Both the position numbers and the translations under genes were made by a program. Below are positions 38,737 to 49,264 of a DNA stretch of 64,000 nt, in pieces (the stretch's first letter is position 1; the number at the start of each line of letters is the position of its first letter). Under the pieces are notes generated by a model. That model worked only from the letters and a program-made list of their open reading frames with translations. It was not told the DNA's origin and searched no databases. This DNA comes from an uncultured bacterium (lineage in GTDB: Bacteria; Verrucomicrobiota; Verrucomicrobiia; Verrucomicrobiales; DEV007): positions 87,045-151,044 of the forward strand of contig CAXBMO010000016.1 of the NCBI GenBank assembly GCA_963977015.1, given 5' to 3'.

Positions 38737-39900
38737 TCAATCAGGCATCGGCAAACCGAACGCCTCCCGAGCCGCTTTGACCCGCGCCAAGGCTTCATCG
38801 AGCGAATCGGCAACAAACGTGGCGTGACCCATTTTACGGCCGGGTTTGGCCCGTTCCTTGCCGTAGAGATGGAGCTTGGCGCCCGGCGTTTTCAGGATCG
38901 GGGAGAAGTCGGGAAACTCGGTTTCGGACGGCCAGAGATCGCCTAACAAATTCCACATCACGACAGGGCAGAGCAAGCCGGTGCCGCCAATGGGTTGGTT
39001 GGTTACGGCGCGGAGTTGCTGTTCGAATTGGGACGTTTCGCAGGCGTCGAGCGTGTGGTGACCGCTGTTGTGCGGACGTGGCGCGATCTCGTTGACGAGG
39101 AGTTTGCCGGACGAATCGAGAAAGAATTCCACGGCCATGACGCCGATGTAGTTGAGGGCGTTGGCGACTTCGACCGCGACGTCCCGTGCTTCGGCGAGGA
39201 GGGATTCCGGATGGCGCGCCGGAACGATCGACAGGTCGAGGATGTGGTTGCGATGAAAGTTCTCCGCCGGGTCGTAGCTCCGGCAATTGCCCTGCTGATC
39301 GCGAACGACGAGGACGGAAATCTCCGAGGCGAGTTCGATTTTTTGCTCCAGCACAGCGCGCGGCGTGTCGAATTCCTGCCAAACGGTTTCCGCATCTTCG
39401 TCCGGCCGCGTGACGCGTTGGCCTTTGCCGTCGTAGCCGAATTCCGCCGTTTTGAGAATGGTGTCCGTCCCGATTTCATCCAATCCAGCTCGAAGCGTGT
39501 CAGCACTGTCGACAAGGTGAAATCGAGCACAGGGAAATCCGTGCTTCTGCAAAAACAACTTCTCGCGTTCCCGATGCTGGCAAGTCGCGACGGCTTCCGC
39601 ACTTGGCATGATCGGCAGGGTCTCGCCAAGGCGTTCAAGCAGGGAACGCGGAATGTTCTCGAACTCGACACTGACGACATCCACCGAGCTGGAGAACTCG
39701 GTAAACGAGGCTTCATCGGCAAAGTTCTTCGCGATGACTTTCTCGGCAACCGCAGCGGGCCCGACTTCGCCATCAACGCCGGTCCAGGTGACGATGGTGT
39801 ATCCAAGACGCCGAGCTTCGAGCGCGAGCATGCGCCCGAGTTGGCCGCCGCCGAGCATCCCTACCGTGCTCCCGGGTGGAAGAATTCGCAGAGGGATCAT
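38737..39900 (-). CDS. purK: N5-carboxyaminoimidazole ribonucleotide synthase
   Basis: GGGQLGRM, EFENIP, GYDGKGQ, NEIAPRPHNSGH, GRKMGH. Confidence 0.97.
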   Translation of the reverse strand: MIPLRILPPGSTVGMLGGGQLGRMLALEARRLGYTIVTWTGVDGEVGPAAVAEKVIAKNFADEASFTEFSSSVDVVSVEFENIPRSLLERLGETLPIMPSAEAVATCQHREREKLFLQKHGFPCARFHLVDSADTLRAGLDEIGTDTILKTAEFGYDGKGQRVTRPDEDAETVWQEFDTPRAVLEQKIELASEISVLVVRDQQGNCRSYDPAENFHRNHILDLSIVPARHPESLLAEARDVAVEVANALNYIGVMAVEFFLDSSGKLLVNEIAPRPHNSGHHTLDACETSQFEQQLRAVTNQPIGGTGLLCPVVMWNLLGDLWPSETEFPDFSPILKTPGAKLHLYGKERAKPGRKMGHATFVADSLDEALARVKAAREAFGLPMPD

Positions 39901-39922
39901 GAGTTTCCGTTCGCGATCAACG

Positions 39923-40432
39923 TTAGTCCTCCAAGGGCGGCAACTCGCTCGCCTCGATTTTGGTGCGAAGCGCCTCGCGATAGTCCTTCAGTTTTTTGGC
40001 AAGGTCAGGATCGTTCCCCGCCAACATGGACACCGCGAACAATCCGGCATTCACCGCGCCGGCGTCGCCAATCGCAAACGTGGCCGTTGGAATCCCCGCC
40101 GGCATCTGGACAATGGAAAGAAGGGAATCAACCCCATTCAAGGTTCGGCTTTTGACCGGAACGGCCAGGACGGGAACCGTCGTAATGGCGGAGGCCATCC
40201 CGGGAAGGTGAGCGGCGCCGCCGGCTCCTGCGATGATACATTTCAGTCCGCGCTCCGCGGCGGTTTCGGCGTAATCATAGAGCAGTTGAGGTGTGCGATG
40301 CGCGCTGACGACGCGGGACTCGAACGGGACGCCAAAATCGCGAAGCGTGCTCGCGGCTTTGCCCATCGTGGGCCAGTCGGACGTGCTTCCCATAATGATG
40401 CCAACCAGGGGCTGTGGATCGGTGGATTCCAT
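39923..40432 (-). CDS. purE: N5-CAIR mutase
   Basis: [36 protein letters not shown]. Confidence 0.98.
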   Translation of the reverse strand: MESTDPQPLVGIIMGSTSDWPTMGKAASTLRDFGVPFESRVVSAHRTPQLLYDYAETAAERGLKCIIAGAGGAAHLPGMASAITTVPVLAVPVKSRTLNGVDSLLSIVQMPAGIPTATFAIGDAGAVNAGLFAVSMLAGNDPDLAKKLKDYREALRTKIEASELPPLED

Positions 40433-40585
40433 CGTGAATGTGTGAGGGCCACTGCATACGCTTCGAGAACGCGTTCGGCAAGTCGATCTCGATTTTTAGC
40501 AGGTTCGGGAAAAATCCGGGCTCGGAATCGCAGAGGAACGTTTTCAAAGGATGACGGACGCGCACGTTGTTCCCAGTTTCCCACC

Positions 40586-42001
40586 CTAGGCCAGCAACGG
40601 GCGAATCACCTTCGCTTTCTCGACCCCGGTCAACCGCATGTCTAACCCTTGAAATGGGAAGCTAAACCGCCCTCCGTCGATTCCCAATTGGTGAAGCATG
40701 GTCGCGTGAAGGTCGCGAACGTGAACCACGTCGTTGACCGCGTGATAGCCGAGTTCATCCGTTTCCCCATGGCTCACGCCCCCTTTGATTCCGCCCCCAG
40801 CCATCCACATGGAAAAGCCCTTGATGTGGTGATCGCGACCCGGCCCGCCCTTGCCTTGAAACATCGGCGTCCGGCCAAACTCCCCACCCCAAATCACCAG
40901 GGTGTCGTCGAGCAGGCCGCGCTCCTTCAGATCCGTCAGCAACGCCCAGGTGGGCCGATCGGTGAGGCCGCAACAGATGTCCATGTATCGGGCAAGATCG
41001 CCGTGGTGATCCCAACCACGATGATAAAGATGGATGAACCGGACTCCGCGTTCCGCCAATCGCCGTGCCAGCAGACAGTTCGACGCATAGGAACCATCAC
41101 CCGGTTGAGCACCGTAGAGATCGAGAACGTGCTGCGGTTCCTGGGAAATATCCATCAACCCGGGAACGGATGTCTGCATCCGAAACGCCATCTCGTAGGC
41201 GGCGATTCGCGTGTCGATCTCGGGATTGGCGACCGCTGCGTTTCGTTGCTGATCGAGTTGATTGATCGTTCGGATCAACTCCGCCTGTTGATTCGCACTC
41301 ACGCCCTTGGGGTTCTGCACATAGTGAACGGGATCGCCGGTCGAGTTGAACTCCACGCCCTGAAAACGACTCGGCAAAAATCCGGCGGACCATTGCCGCG
41401 AAGCAATCGGTTGAGGGTCCCGCCCACCGACGCTGGTGAGAACGACGAACCCGGGAAGCTCCCTCGTTTCCGAGCCGAGACCGTAGGTGACCCAGGAACC
41501 CATCGACGGACGCCCGCTGATCACCGTCCCCGTGTTCATGAAGGTATGCGCCGGATCATGATTGATTTGTTCCGTGACCATGGAGCGCATCACCGCAATC
41601 TCGTCAGCCATTTTTGCGGTCCACGGGAGATAGTCACTGATGAGTTGGCCACTTTGGCCATGGCGCCGGAATTTGGTCAAGTGCCCCTGAACCTTCAGCG
41701 CCTGCCCTTGAAGTTGGGCAATCGGTTGACCCTTGGTGAACGACTCCGGCATCGCCTTCCCATCGAGCTCGTCCAATTTCGGTTTGTAATCGAACGTTTC
41801 CAAATGGGACGGGCCGCCCGCCATGCAAAGGAAAATCACGCGCTTTGCTTTCGCCGCAAAATGAGGCATCCCGACCCGCGGAGCAGCCTGCGCATCCTGC
41901 CCTAACAAACTCGCCAACGCGGCCGAGCCCAGACTGAGGCCGGACTGACCGAGAAAATTCCGACGAGACGCAATCGGGACGGTTGGAGAAGTGGTCTTCA
42001 T
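40586..42001 (-). CDS. DUF1501 domain protein
   Basis: Tat-like SRRNFL, GGPSHLETFDYKP, GWDHH, WGGEFGRTP, GRDHH. Confidence 0.93.
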   Translation of the reverse strand: MKTTSPTVPIASRRNFLGQSGLSLGSAALASLLGQDAQAAPRVGMPHFAAKAKRVIFLCMAGGPSHLETFDYKPKLDELDGKAMPESFTKGQPIAQLQGQALKVQGHLTKFRRHGQSGQLISDYLPWTAKMADEIAVMRSMVTEQINHDPAHTFMNTGTVISGRPSMGSWVTYGLGSETRELPGFVVLTSVGGRDPQPIASRQWSAGFLPSRFQGVEFNSTGDPVHYVQNPKGVSANQQAELIRTINQLDQQRNAAVANPEIDTRIAAYEMAFRMQTSVPGLMDISQEPQHVLDLYGAQPGDGSYASNCLLARRLAERGVRFIHLYHRGWDHHGDLARYMDICCGLTDRPTWALLTDLKERGLLDDTLVIWGGEFGRTPMFQGKGGPGRDHHIKGFSMWMAGGGIKGGVSHGETDELGYHAVNDVVHVRDLHATMLHQLGIDGGRFSFPFQGLDMRLTGVEKAKVIRPLLA

Positions 42002-44473
42002 TTAATTGCGGGTGATGGTTTCGTTCAAATTGAGGAGCGCCCGGGCCACCGATGTCCAGGTTGCCAGTTCAAGCGGATCCAGGTTTTTGGAAACGGGAGC
42101 GAACCCGGTTTTGAGCAGGTCTGCCGCCAGATCTGGATTCGCCTCATAATCAGATTGGGTTGAGGCGACCAATTCGCTTAGCAACTTCGTCTCCTCTGAC
42201 TGGGGCGGACGGGAGAGCACTTCGCGATAGGCAAACGCCAGCCGCGATTCCGTGGTTGTTCCGCCTTCGCTCAAAATTCGCTGCGCCAGGACGCGGGCCG
42301 CCTCCACAAACGTGGGATCATTCAGCAGGACCAACGCGGCGTTGGGCGTATTGGAGCGGGGACGTTGCGCGGTGCATTCCTCGCGGCTCGGCGCATCCAT
42401 CGCTTTCATCATGGGATGGAGAAACATGCGCTGCCAATGGACATACAGTCCACGGCGCCATTGATCTTCGGATTTCTGGACGTGGTAGGACCGTTTCGGA
42501 AAGTTCAAATGACGGTAGTAGCCGACGGGTTGATAGGGCCGGACACTGGCCCCACCCTGTTCCCGCACGAGCAGTCCGCTCACGGCAAGGGCATTGTCTC
42601 GGATCAATTCTGCGGGAAGGCGGTAACGCGATTGCCGAGCCACAAGTTGGTTGTAGGGATCGCGTTCAACCAATTCGGGAGAGGCGACTGACGACTGTTG
42701 ATAGGCGCGACTCGTCACCAGCAAGCGCGCCATCTCCTTCACGTTCCAGCCCGACTCGTAAAAAGCGACCGCCAGGTTGTCGAGAAGCCTGGGATTGACC
42801 GGCGGTTCACCTTGACCGCCAAAATCGTCGAGAGATCGGGAGATCCCGACTCCGAAAAACAGATACCAAAATCGATTCGCAAACACTCGAGCCGTGAGCC
42901 CGCCCTGGCCCTTCTCTGGATCCGTCAACCAGTTGGCAAGATCGAGGCGCGTGGCGAACTGATTCTCCGCAACGGAGATCTCGCCAAGAAAGGTGGGAAC
43001 GGCCGCACGAACGACTTCGCCGCTATCATCCTGCCAGTTCCCCCGCGGCAACACGCGCATTTCGCGGGGTGCTTTGGCAACCGTGACCATGATCGAACGC
43101 GCTTGCTTTTGAATCTCCCATTTCCGGCTCAACAGTTGATTCCAGGCTGCCCGTTTCGAGTCAGCCACCACCTCGGCGATCCGGGCCTCCAAACCCGTTA
43201 TCTGCGTCTCGAGTCCGGCCTTCGATCCTTTGCCAACTTTGGTTTTCGCTTCGAGACCCGCCTTTTGCCGCTCCCATTCTTCAACCTTCCCCATCGCCTC
43301 TTTGCCCAACAAATTGCTCATCCGGCTCTCAATCTCAGCCAACTCCTTTTCCTCGGCGTCCGAGTAAAACTTCATCTCAGGCGGCCGATTCGAGGGCAGC
43401 GAGTTCCCATTGTAGCCGACATCATGAATATCGGCGAAAAACGCGGCCAGGGCGTAGTGATCCTTGATCGTGTAGGGATCGTACTTGTGATCATGGCATT
43501 GGGCGCAACCAACCGTGGCTCCCATCCAAACCGCCGAAACGTTGCGAACCCGATCCGCGGCATAGATCGCGTCATACTCCTTTTTCTGAATCCCACCTTC
43601 GTGGGAGGTCTGGAGCAACCGGTTGTAGCCGGATGCGACGCGTTGCCACTTGTCCGGGTTTGGCAACAAGTCGCCAGCCAACTGCTCACGAGTAAATTGA
43701 TCGAAGCTGAGATTGGAATTGAACGCACGAATCACGTAGTCGCGATACGGCGAGATGTTGTGGGTTTGGTCTCCGTGGTAGCCGACCGTGTCGGCAAAGC
43801 GAACGAGGTCGAGCCAGTAGATGGCCATGCGCTCGCCAAAATGCGGTGATTCCAACAACCCGGTGACGACGGAATCCAGATTCTGCTCCCCACGGACAAA
43901 GGCATCCACATCCTCGGGAGTTGGCGGAAGACCGGTGAGATCAAAGTGCAGACGCCGGATCTGCGTGATCTTGTCCGTATCCGGCGATGGCTTCAGCCCT
44001 TCCGCCTCCAGGTTTGCGAGGACAAACTGATCGACCCAATTCCTGGCCCAAGTTTCGTCGTTGGGCGTTGGAACCGGATGCTTTTTCGGCGCGACATAAG
44101 CCCAGGGTTCGGAATACGTTGCGCCATCCGCGATCCAACGCGTCAGCAGCTCCATCTCCTTCGGCTTGAGTTTCTTGTGGGAGTCCACCGGCGGCATCGG
44201 GTCCTCACGATCCTTCATTCTGATCACGAACTCGCTTTCCTCCGGTTTCCCGGGAACGATCGCAGCATACCCGCCCAAATCCGCGTAAGCTCCGTCGGCG
44301 GTATCGAGCCGCAAGTCCGCCTTCCGCTCATGAGAGTCCGGTCCGTGGCAAAAGAAGCATTTATCCGAGAGGATCGGGCGAATCTCGCGGTTGAAGTCGA
44401 TCGATTTGGACTCTTCGGCCAGTCCCAAAGGAGCAGCGACAAGGATCCAGAGCAGTGAAAGTGGGAGTCTCAT
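42002..44473 (-). CDS. PSD1/planctomycete cytochrome c protein (DUF1549 + DUF1553)
   Basis: CFFCHGPD, RRLHFDLTGLPP, CAQCHDHKYDP, ARVFANRFW, AELIRDNAL. Confidence 0.93.
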   Translation of the reverse strand: MRLPLSLLWILVAAPLGLAEESKSIDFNREIRPILSDKCFFCHGPDSHERKADLRLDTADGAYADLGGYAAIVPGKPEESEFVIRMKDREDPMPPVDSHKKLKPKEMELLTRWIADGATYSEPWAYVAPKKHPVPTPNDETWARNWVDQFVLANLEAEGLKPSPDTDKITQIRRLHFDLTGLPPTPEDVDAFVRGEQNLDSVVTGLLESPHFGERMAIYWLDLVRFADTVGYHGDQTHNISPYRDYVIRAFNSNLSFDQFTREQLAGDLLPNPDKWQRVASGYNRLLQTSHEGGIQKKEYDAIYAADRVRNVSAVWMGATVGCAQCHDHKYDPYTIKDHYALAAFFADIHDVGYNGNSLPSNRPPEMKFYSDAEEKELAEIESRMSNLLGKEAMGKVEEWERQKAGLEAKTKVGKGSKAGLETQITGLEARIAEVVADSKRAAWNQLLSRKWEIQKQARSIMVTVAKAPREMRVLPRGNWQDDSGEVVRAAVPTFLGEISVAENQFATRLDLANWLTDPEKGQGGLTARVFANRFWYLFFGVGISRSLDDFGGQGEPPVNPRLLDNLAVAFYESGWNVKEMARLLVTSRAYQQSSVASPELVERDPYNQLVARQSRYRLPAELIRDNALAVSGLLVREQGGASVRPYQPVGYYRHLNFPKRSYHVQKSEDQWRRGLYVHWQRMFLHPMMKAMDAPSREECTAQRPRSNTPNAALVLLNDPTFVEAARVLAQRILSEGGTTTESRLAFAYREVLSRPPQSEETKLLSELVASTQSDYEANPDLAADLLKTGFAPVSKNLDPLELATWTSVARALLNLNETITRN

Positions 44474-44636
44474 GGGGTTTAGCAGCCATCTTCCAACGGC
44501 GCAGTGACACGTATCTTACGGAATTCGGCAGGATTTTGCGCGCAACGTTCAAACTTTGTGGTTCGTGACGGTTTTGCGCAGAACGTCCTCAACTTCGTTC
44601 AGTCGGCCAGGGAGCGTCTGAAAATGAGGTCGCTCC

Positions 44637-45557
44637 CTAATCTTTCAATTCCCAAACTCGCACATAATCGACCAGCATCGATGTTGGAAGCGCGGTCACG
44701 TCCGCCTCATGGTTTGCGAAAAGCCGGTTGTCGTGAAAAACCGTAAAGGGCGATCGCAGGCCAAACGACAGGGCGACATTCATCGGACGATGCCAGAATT
44801 CGTTGGGTTTTCTACCGACTTCCACGCCATCAACATACCAAACGATCTCGTCCTTGCTGACGTGGCAACCATAGGTGTGAAAGTCTTCCCGTGGGTCAAA
44901 TGGAGCGTGATACTCGATGGCTTGGGCTTCGCGATAGCGCGGGTCATTGGGCCGCCTCCAATCTCGCCCTGGAATTCCCTGCTTCCCGTTGGAAAGAATC
45001 GCGTGGAGGTTGTGATCGGAAATGCGTTCGTTGCCTTCGATCCGGTTTCCCCGTTGCGTCAGCTCCACGATATCGACTTCGCAGTATCGAACGGACCCGG
45101 CTTCCAATTCCGAATCCTCGATCGTGCTGTAAATCCAAAAAGCCGGACAAACTCCCGGAAAGAGCGGCGCACCCTTGATTCTGGCCTCGTAAAATCCGTA
45201 GCATCCCTTGGCGTAGGATTTCAGCATCCCTGATGTATAAATAAGTCCCGAATCCTTTCCGGCGGCTGACTTCCCTTTCATCGCCCGCTTCTCGTGGCGA
45301 ATGGTGATCTTGAGTTTTCCATCCGACACGGAGGTGCTTTTCGGATTGTCCCATGTCCAGGCAAAGAACTTTTCGGGCTTGGGATTCCACTTTTTCCAAT
45401 CGATCTCGCTCTCGTTGAAATCATCCGAACGATCCCAACGAATCGTCCAATTTTCTCCGTTCTCGGCGCCCTTCGGCTTCGAGTTGATCGTCGTCTGAGG
45501 AAACGCGCAGGTCGCACCCAGGAAGGTGGCGACCAGAGTAAGGTTTAGGGTCTTCAT
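44637..45557 (-). CDS. GH16 glycoside hydrolase, kappa-carrageenase-like
   Basis: GVCPAFWIYST...YCEVDIVELTQ (ExDxxE), DHNLH, FHTYGC, VDYVRVW; signal peptide. Confidence 0.85.
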   Translation of the reverse strand: MKTLNLTLVATFLGATCAFPQTTINSKPKGAENGENWTIRWDRSDDFNESEIDWKKWNPKPEKFFAWTWDNPKSTSVSDGKLKITIRHEKRAMKGKSAAGKDSGLIYTSGMLKSYAKGCYGFYEARIKGAPLFPGVCPAFWIYSTIEDSELEAGSVRYCEVDIVELTQRGNRIEGNERISDHNLHAILSNGKQGIPGRDWRRPNDPRYREAQAIEYHAPFDPREDFHTYGCHVSKDEIVWYVDGVEVGRKPNEFWHRPMNVALSFGLRSPFTVFHDNRLFANHEADVTALPTSMLVDYVRVWELKD

Positions 45558-45698
45558 GAAGGGATTTCGCGGCCGAAACCAAGAAATACCCCAAAACCAC
45601 CGCTTCTGGCGAGAACGATTGCGTGGCGCCAAACCGTTAGACATCGCCAAACACGCAATCACTTTCCAAATCCCGAATTGCCGCGATTCTTGCCGCCA

Positions 45699-46610
45699 AT
45701 GACATGGGTCTTCCTGGCGGTTCTGTCCGCGTTATGCCTCGGAGTTTACGATCTGCTCAAAAAGAACGCGGTTCGGGAGAACGCCGTCCTTCCCGTGCTC
45801 TTTTTCGGCGTGGTGAGCGGCGCCTTGGTCTGGCTCCCGTTTGTGGTGTGGTCAGCGATTGCTCCCGAATCCGTGCCGCACGAATTTTTCCAGGTTGGCC
45901 GGATGAGTGCTCAGGAACATCTCTGGCTGCTCGCCAAATCCGCGCTTGTTTCCGCATCCTGGCTTTTCGGCTACTTCGCCCTGAAACACCTGCCGCTTTC
46001 CACGGCCGGCCCGATCCGTTCGACCGGACCACTGTGGACGATTCTGATCGCAACGCTCTTTCTCGGCGAATCCCCGAATGCGTGGCAATGGGCCGGGGTG
46101 CTCACCATTCTGGCCTCCTTTTACGCCTTCTCGCTCGTGGGAAAACTGGAAGGGCTCCATTTCCATCGGGATCGCTGGGTCTGGTTCATGGTCGCAGCCA
46201 CCTTGTTAGGAGCCACCAGCTCAATCTACGACAAGTTTCTCCTGCAACAGGTCGGGATTCCGCCATCGACGGTTCAAGCCTGGTTCTCGATTTACCTCGT
46301 GGCGGTGTTGTTCCCCTTCCATTTCTGGTGGCGCAATGCCACTTGGCGAACTGGGAAGTTTGAATGGCGCTGGTCGATTCCCTTGGTCGGGATCACGCTC
46401 TTGATTGCCGACATCTTCTACTTCAACGCGGTCCAGGATCCGGATGCACTCATCGCCGTCATCTCGCCCGTGCGCCGCATGTCCGTCCTCGTGACCTTTT
46501 TTGGCGGCGTGCTCCTGTTTGGCGAAACGACCCGCGTGCGCCTCAAATCGATCTGTCTGCTGATTCTCCTGGTTGGCGTGGTTCTCCTGAATCTACGCGG
46601 AGCCGGATAG
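45699..46610 (+). CDS. DMT/EamA family transporter
   Basis: About 10 transmembrane helices in two repeats; LGVYDLLKK, ALKHLPLS. Confidence 0.85.
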   Translation: MTWVFLAVLSALCLGVYDLLKKNAVRENAVLPVLFFGVVSGALVWLPFVVWSAIAPESVPHEFFQVGRMSAQEHLWLLAKSALVSASWLFGYFALKHLPLSTAGPIRSTGPLWTILIATLFLGESPNAWQWAGVLTILASFYAFSLVGKLEGLHFHRDRWVWFMVAATLLGATSSIYDKFLLQQVGIPPSTVQAWFSIYLVAVLFPFHFWWRNATWRTGKFEWRWSIPLVGITLLIADIFYFNAVQDPDALIAVISPVRRMSVLVTFFGGVLLFGETTRVRLKSICLLILLVGVVLLNLRGAG

Positions 46611-46623
46611 ACCGGACTCGCGC

Positions 46624-48216
46624 TCAAACGTTCGGCACGGTTAGAATTCCCAACGTCTTCGGCAATGGTTCAGGATCAATCTGGCCGACTTCACGGCTTT
46701 GCACCTTCGCTTCGGCTGCGGCGAGCCCGGCGACCTGACCCGTCGTCATCCAGACCGGTTCCATTCGCAAAACGCTCATCGCGATATGGGTTGAAGACAT
46801 CGCGACCGGCACGATCAAGTTGTCCAGGTTCCTGGGCAGCAACGCTCCCCACGGGATCTGACCAGGTTGAGCGGGACCATCCGCTTTCTTTGGATACCAA
46901 AGCACGCCTTCCATCCAACGGCCGACGGCGTAACGGCGATCGTGGCAGGGGTGGATGTCGAACGAATGCTCGCCAAGCGCGATCGCTTGTTCGACGCGAG
47001 GCGTTTGTCCGGTTTTGGGATCCACGATGAACGAGTGCTGGGTCATGTGCGCCCGGCCCTCGATGCGACGTCCCTGGCGGACGTAGATTTGCCAGGGCCA
47101 ATGACCGTTCTCCGGAAACTCATCGCGATGCAGACCGGCCGTTTTCCAAAGCGCCCGAACGTGATCGGGAACCCGCGGATCGTTTTGCAGAAACCAGGCG
47201 TAGCTGGCGGCGTGGTCGAGATGAAATTGCTCGAGGCGCGCGCGGTGATGCCGCTCTGCGTCCGGCCACGCCCAGCTCACGCCCGGACAGTTCAAGCTCG
47301 TTTGCTGAACGATGGAACCGTTGAGCTGAAATTTTCTTCGCGGAAGCGGGGTTCCCAGCGTGCGTCGCTTCACCCGGCCGGAGGCGAACTCCTCGATCAT
47401 GGGAAGCATGTCAGGGAGATGCTGTTCGTAGGTGTCGGGCTTCTCAAACGGAATGCGCTTCTCGGGATCGGTCGTAAAAATGCAGCGTGCGCAATACGCC
47501 TGAATCGCCGGTGATGGCTCGCCTGTATCCGGCGTCTGGATTTGCACGGCGTTCTTCCAATCCATGTAGTGAATCCCGGCCAACGACTCGCCGTATTCTT
47601 CCCTCCCCTCCCGTCCCACGCGATACGGCACGCCTGCCTTGGCGGCAAGATCGCCTTCGTAGGTTCCGTCGATGTACGTTTGCGCGATCACACGGCGCTT
47701 GCCCTGATTGTTCGGCTCATCGAGCATGATCCCGGTGATGCGACCTGCCTCTGTCTGCACCGCCGCAAGATGTCGTCCCCGCAAAAAGGTTAGGCGATCC
47801 GCCTGCTCCCCCAACATCTCGTCAAAGACGATTTCAGCGACGGACGGCTCATAGAACCAGCCGTCCCGGGTCAGGGCGTATTGCGCCTCATTGTTTCCCA
47901 ACTCCCTTTGGTAGTGCGCGCGAACGCGACCGATGAACTCTCCAACCAATCCTCCAAACAGTTCCTTTCGGACGGCGTCCGTCGTGCAAAGTCCACTTGC
48001 CGTCATCCCGCCCGGGTTCACTTTGGGACACGCCAACACCACCTTGCATCCCCGCCGTGCCGCTTCCAGCGCTGCCGAAATTCCTCCCGGAGTCGATCCA
48101 TAAACGAACACATCCGAGGTCTCTGCCGGAGCGGCACCCTCCATCCGTTGAAGTGAGGACGCGGTGAGCGCCGAGAGGGCTAGAAAATCCCGGCGGGAAG
48201 TCGTGAAACGGTTCAC
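46624..48216 (-). CDS. Tat-exported FAD-dependent oxidoreductase (FAD_oxidored family)
   Basis: SRRDFL, VYGSTPGG, IDGTYEGDLAA, YVRQGRR, RMEPVWM. Confidence 0.88.
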   Translation of the reverse strand: MNRFTTSRRDFLALSALTASSLQRMEGAAPAETSDVFVYGSTPGGISAALEAARRGCKVVLACPKVNPGGMTASGLCTTDAVRKELFGGLVGEFIGRVRAHYQRELGNNEAQYALTRDGWFYEPSVAEIVFDEMLGEQADRLTFLRGRHLAAVQTEAGRITGIMLDEPNNQGKRRVIAQTYIDGTYEGDLAAKAGVPYRVGREGREEYGESLAGIHYMDWKNAVQIQTPDTGEPSPAIQAYCARCIFTTDPEKRIPFEKPDTYEQHLPDMLPMIEEFASGRVKRRTLGTPLPRRKFQLNGSIVQQTSLNCPGVSWAWPDAERHHRARLEQFHLDHAASYAWFLQNDPRVPDHVRALWKTAGLHRDEFPENGHWPWQIYVRQGRRIEGRAHMTQHSFIVDPKTGQTPRVEQAIALGEHSFDIHPCHDRRYAVGRWMEGVLWYPKKADGPAQPGQIPWGALLPRNLDNLIVPVAMSSTHIAMSVLRMEPVWMTTGQVAGLAAAEAKVQSREVGQIDPEPLPKTLGILTVPNV

Positions 48217-49121
48217 GGCGTGGCCAGTTTGAGGGATTCGAAAAACTTGGAACTGGCGTCGATCATTTCCTGATAGAGCGACTCTTTCCGCATCAGGTAA
48301 CCGTGGCCACCACCATCGTTCACCACCAGTTCACTGTGGTTGCCGGCGGCGATCATTTTCTCGTGAAACTCCTTGGCTCCTTGGAACGGCGTGACCACAT
48401 CGCCGGTTCCATGAAACGTGATGGTCGGTGGAAGCCCGGCCCGGACGTGATGGACTGGAGAAAGTTCCTGCCAGCGATCTCCAATCTTTTTCTGACCATA
48501 CCCCTCAGCCGAGGTGTCGATCACCGGAAAGAACAGGACCATGGCATTGGGAGCGGTGGAAACGGAAAGATCGTCACCTTCCTCATTCACCTCATCAAAG
48601 AGCGCCGTCGATGCCGCGAGATGACCACCGGCCGACCCGCCACTCACGATGATCTTGTCCGGATCAATTCCCAGCTCTTCGGCGTGTGCGCGAACATAAC
48701 GAACCGAGGAACGCGCGTCCTTCACGCAGTCAAACACCGTGACGGAGCGGTCCGCCTTGGCGAGACGATACTGGACGCAGACTCCCACCATCCCGTGGCG
48801 TTGCACGAAATCCGCCGCAAAGGGATACATGCGACTCGGATCCATTCCCGTCCAGCCACCTCCATGAATAATGTGAAAGCAGGTTCGCTGGTCGGTCGGC
48901 TTCCAGCCCTCGGGCAGGAAGAGATGCAGCTCCAGCTCGCGATCATCAATCCGTTTGTAAATGATTTTGCGATCCGGCTTCAGGTTCAAAATCCGCTGGC
49001 CGACATAGTCCAGCGGACGCGATTTTTTCGACGGTTTCTGATCTGGTGAATCCTGGGCAAGGCCCAACGACCAACCATAACCAAGTAAAATGGCCACAAG
49101 GCAGAAAAATGGGGTTTTCAT
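48213..49121 (-). CDS. Alpha/beta hydrolase (HSL/BD-FAE-like esterase)
   Basis: HGGGW, GGSAGGHL, HGTGD, GHG. Confidence 0.92.
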   Translation of the reverse strand: MKTPFFCLVAILLGYGWSLGLAQDSPDQKPSKKSRPLDYVGQRILNLKPDRKIIYKRIDDRELELHLFLPEGWKPTDQRTCFHIIHGGGWTGMDPSRMYPFAADFVQRHGMVGVCVQYRLAKADRSVTVFDCVKDARSSVRYVRAHAEELGIDPDKIIVSGGSAGGHLAASTALFDEVNEEGDDLSVSTAPNAMVLFFPVIDTSAEGYGQKKIGDRWQELSPVHHVRAGLPPTITFHGTGDVVTPFQGAKEFHEKMIAAGNHSELVVNDGGGHGYLMRKESLYQEMIDASSKFFESLKLATP

Positions 49122-49264
49122 GAGATACCAGAGCCTGACAGAGGGTGCAAATTTGGTCAAGGGATCGGGTGTCGATAAAAACTGAAGGTTCCCCTAGCAC
49201 AACACTTGGGAGTTCACACCACGGTGGTCACCGAATGGCGCAATGCTCGTGAACTGCGAGCCAA

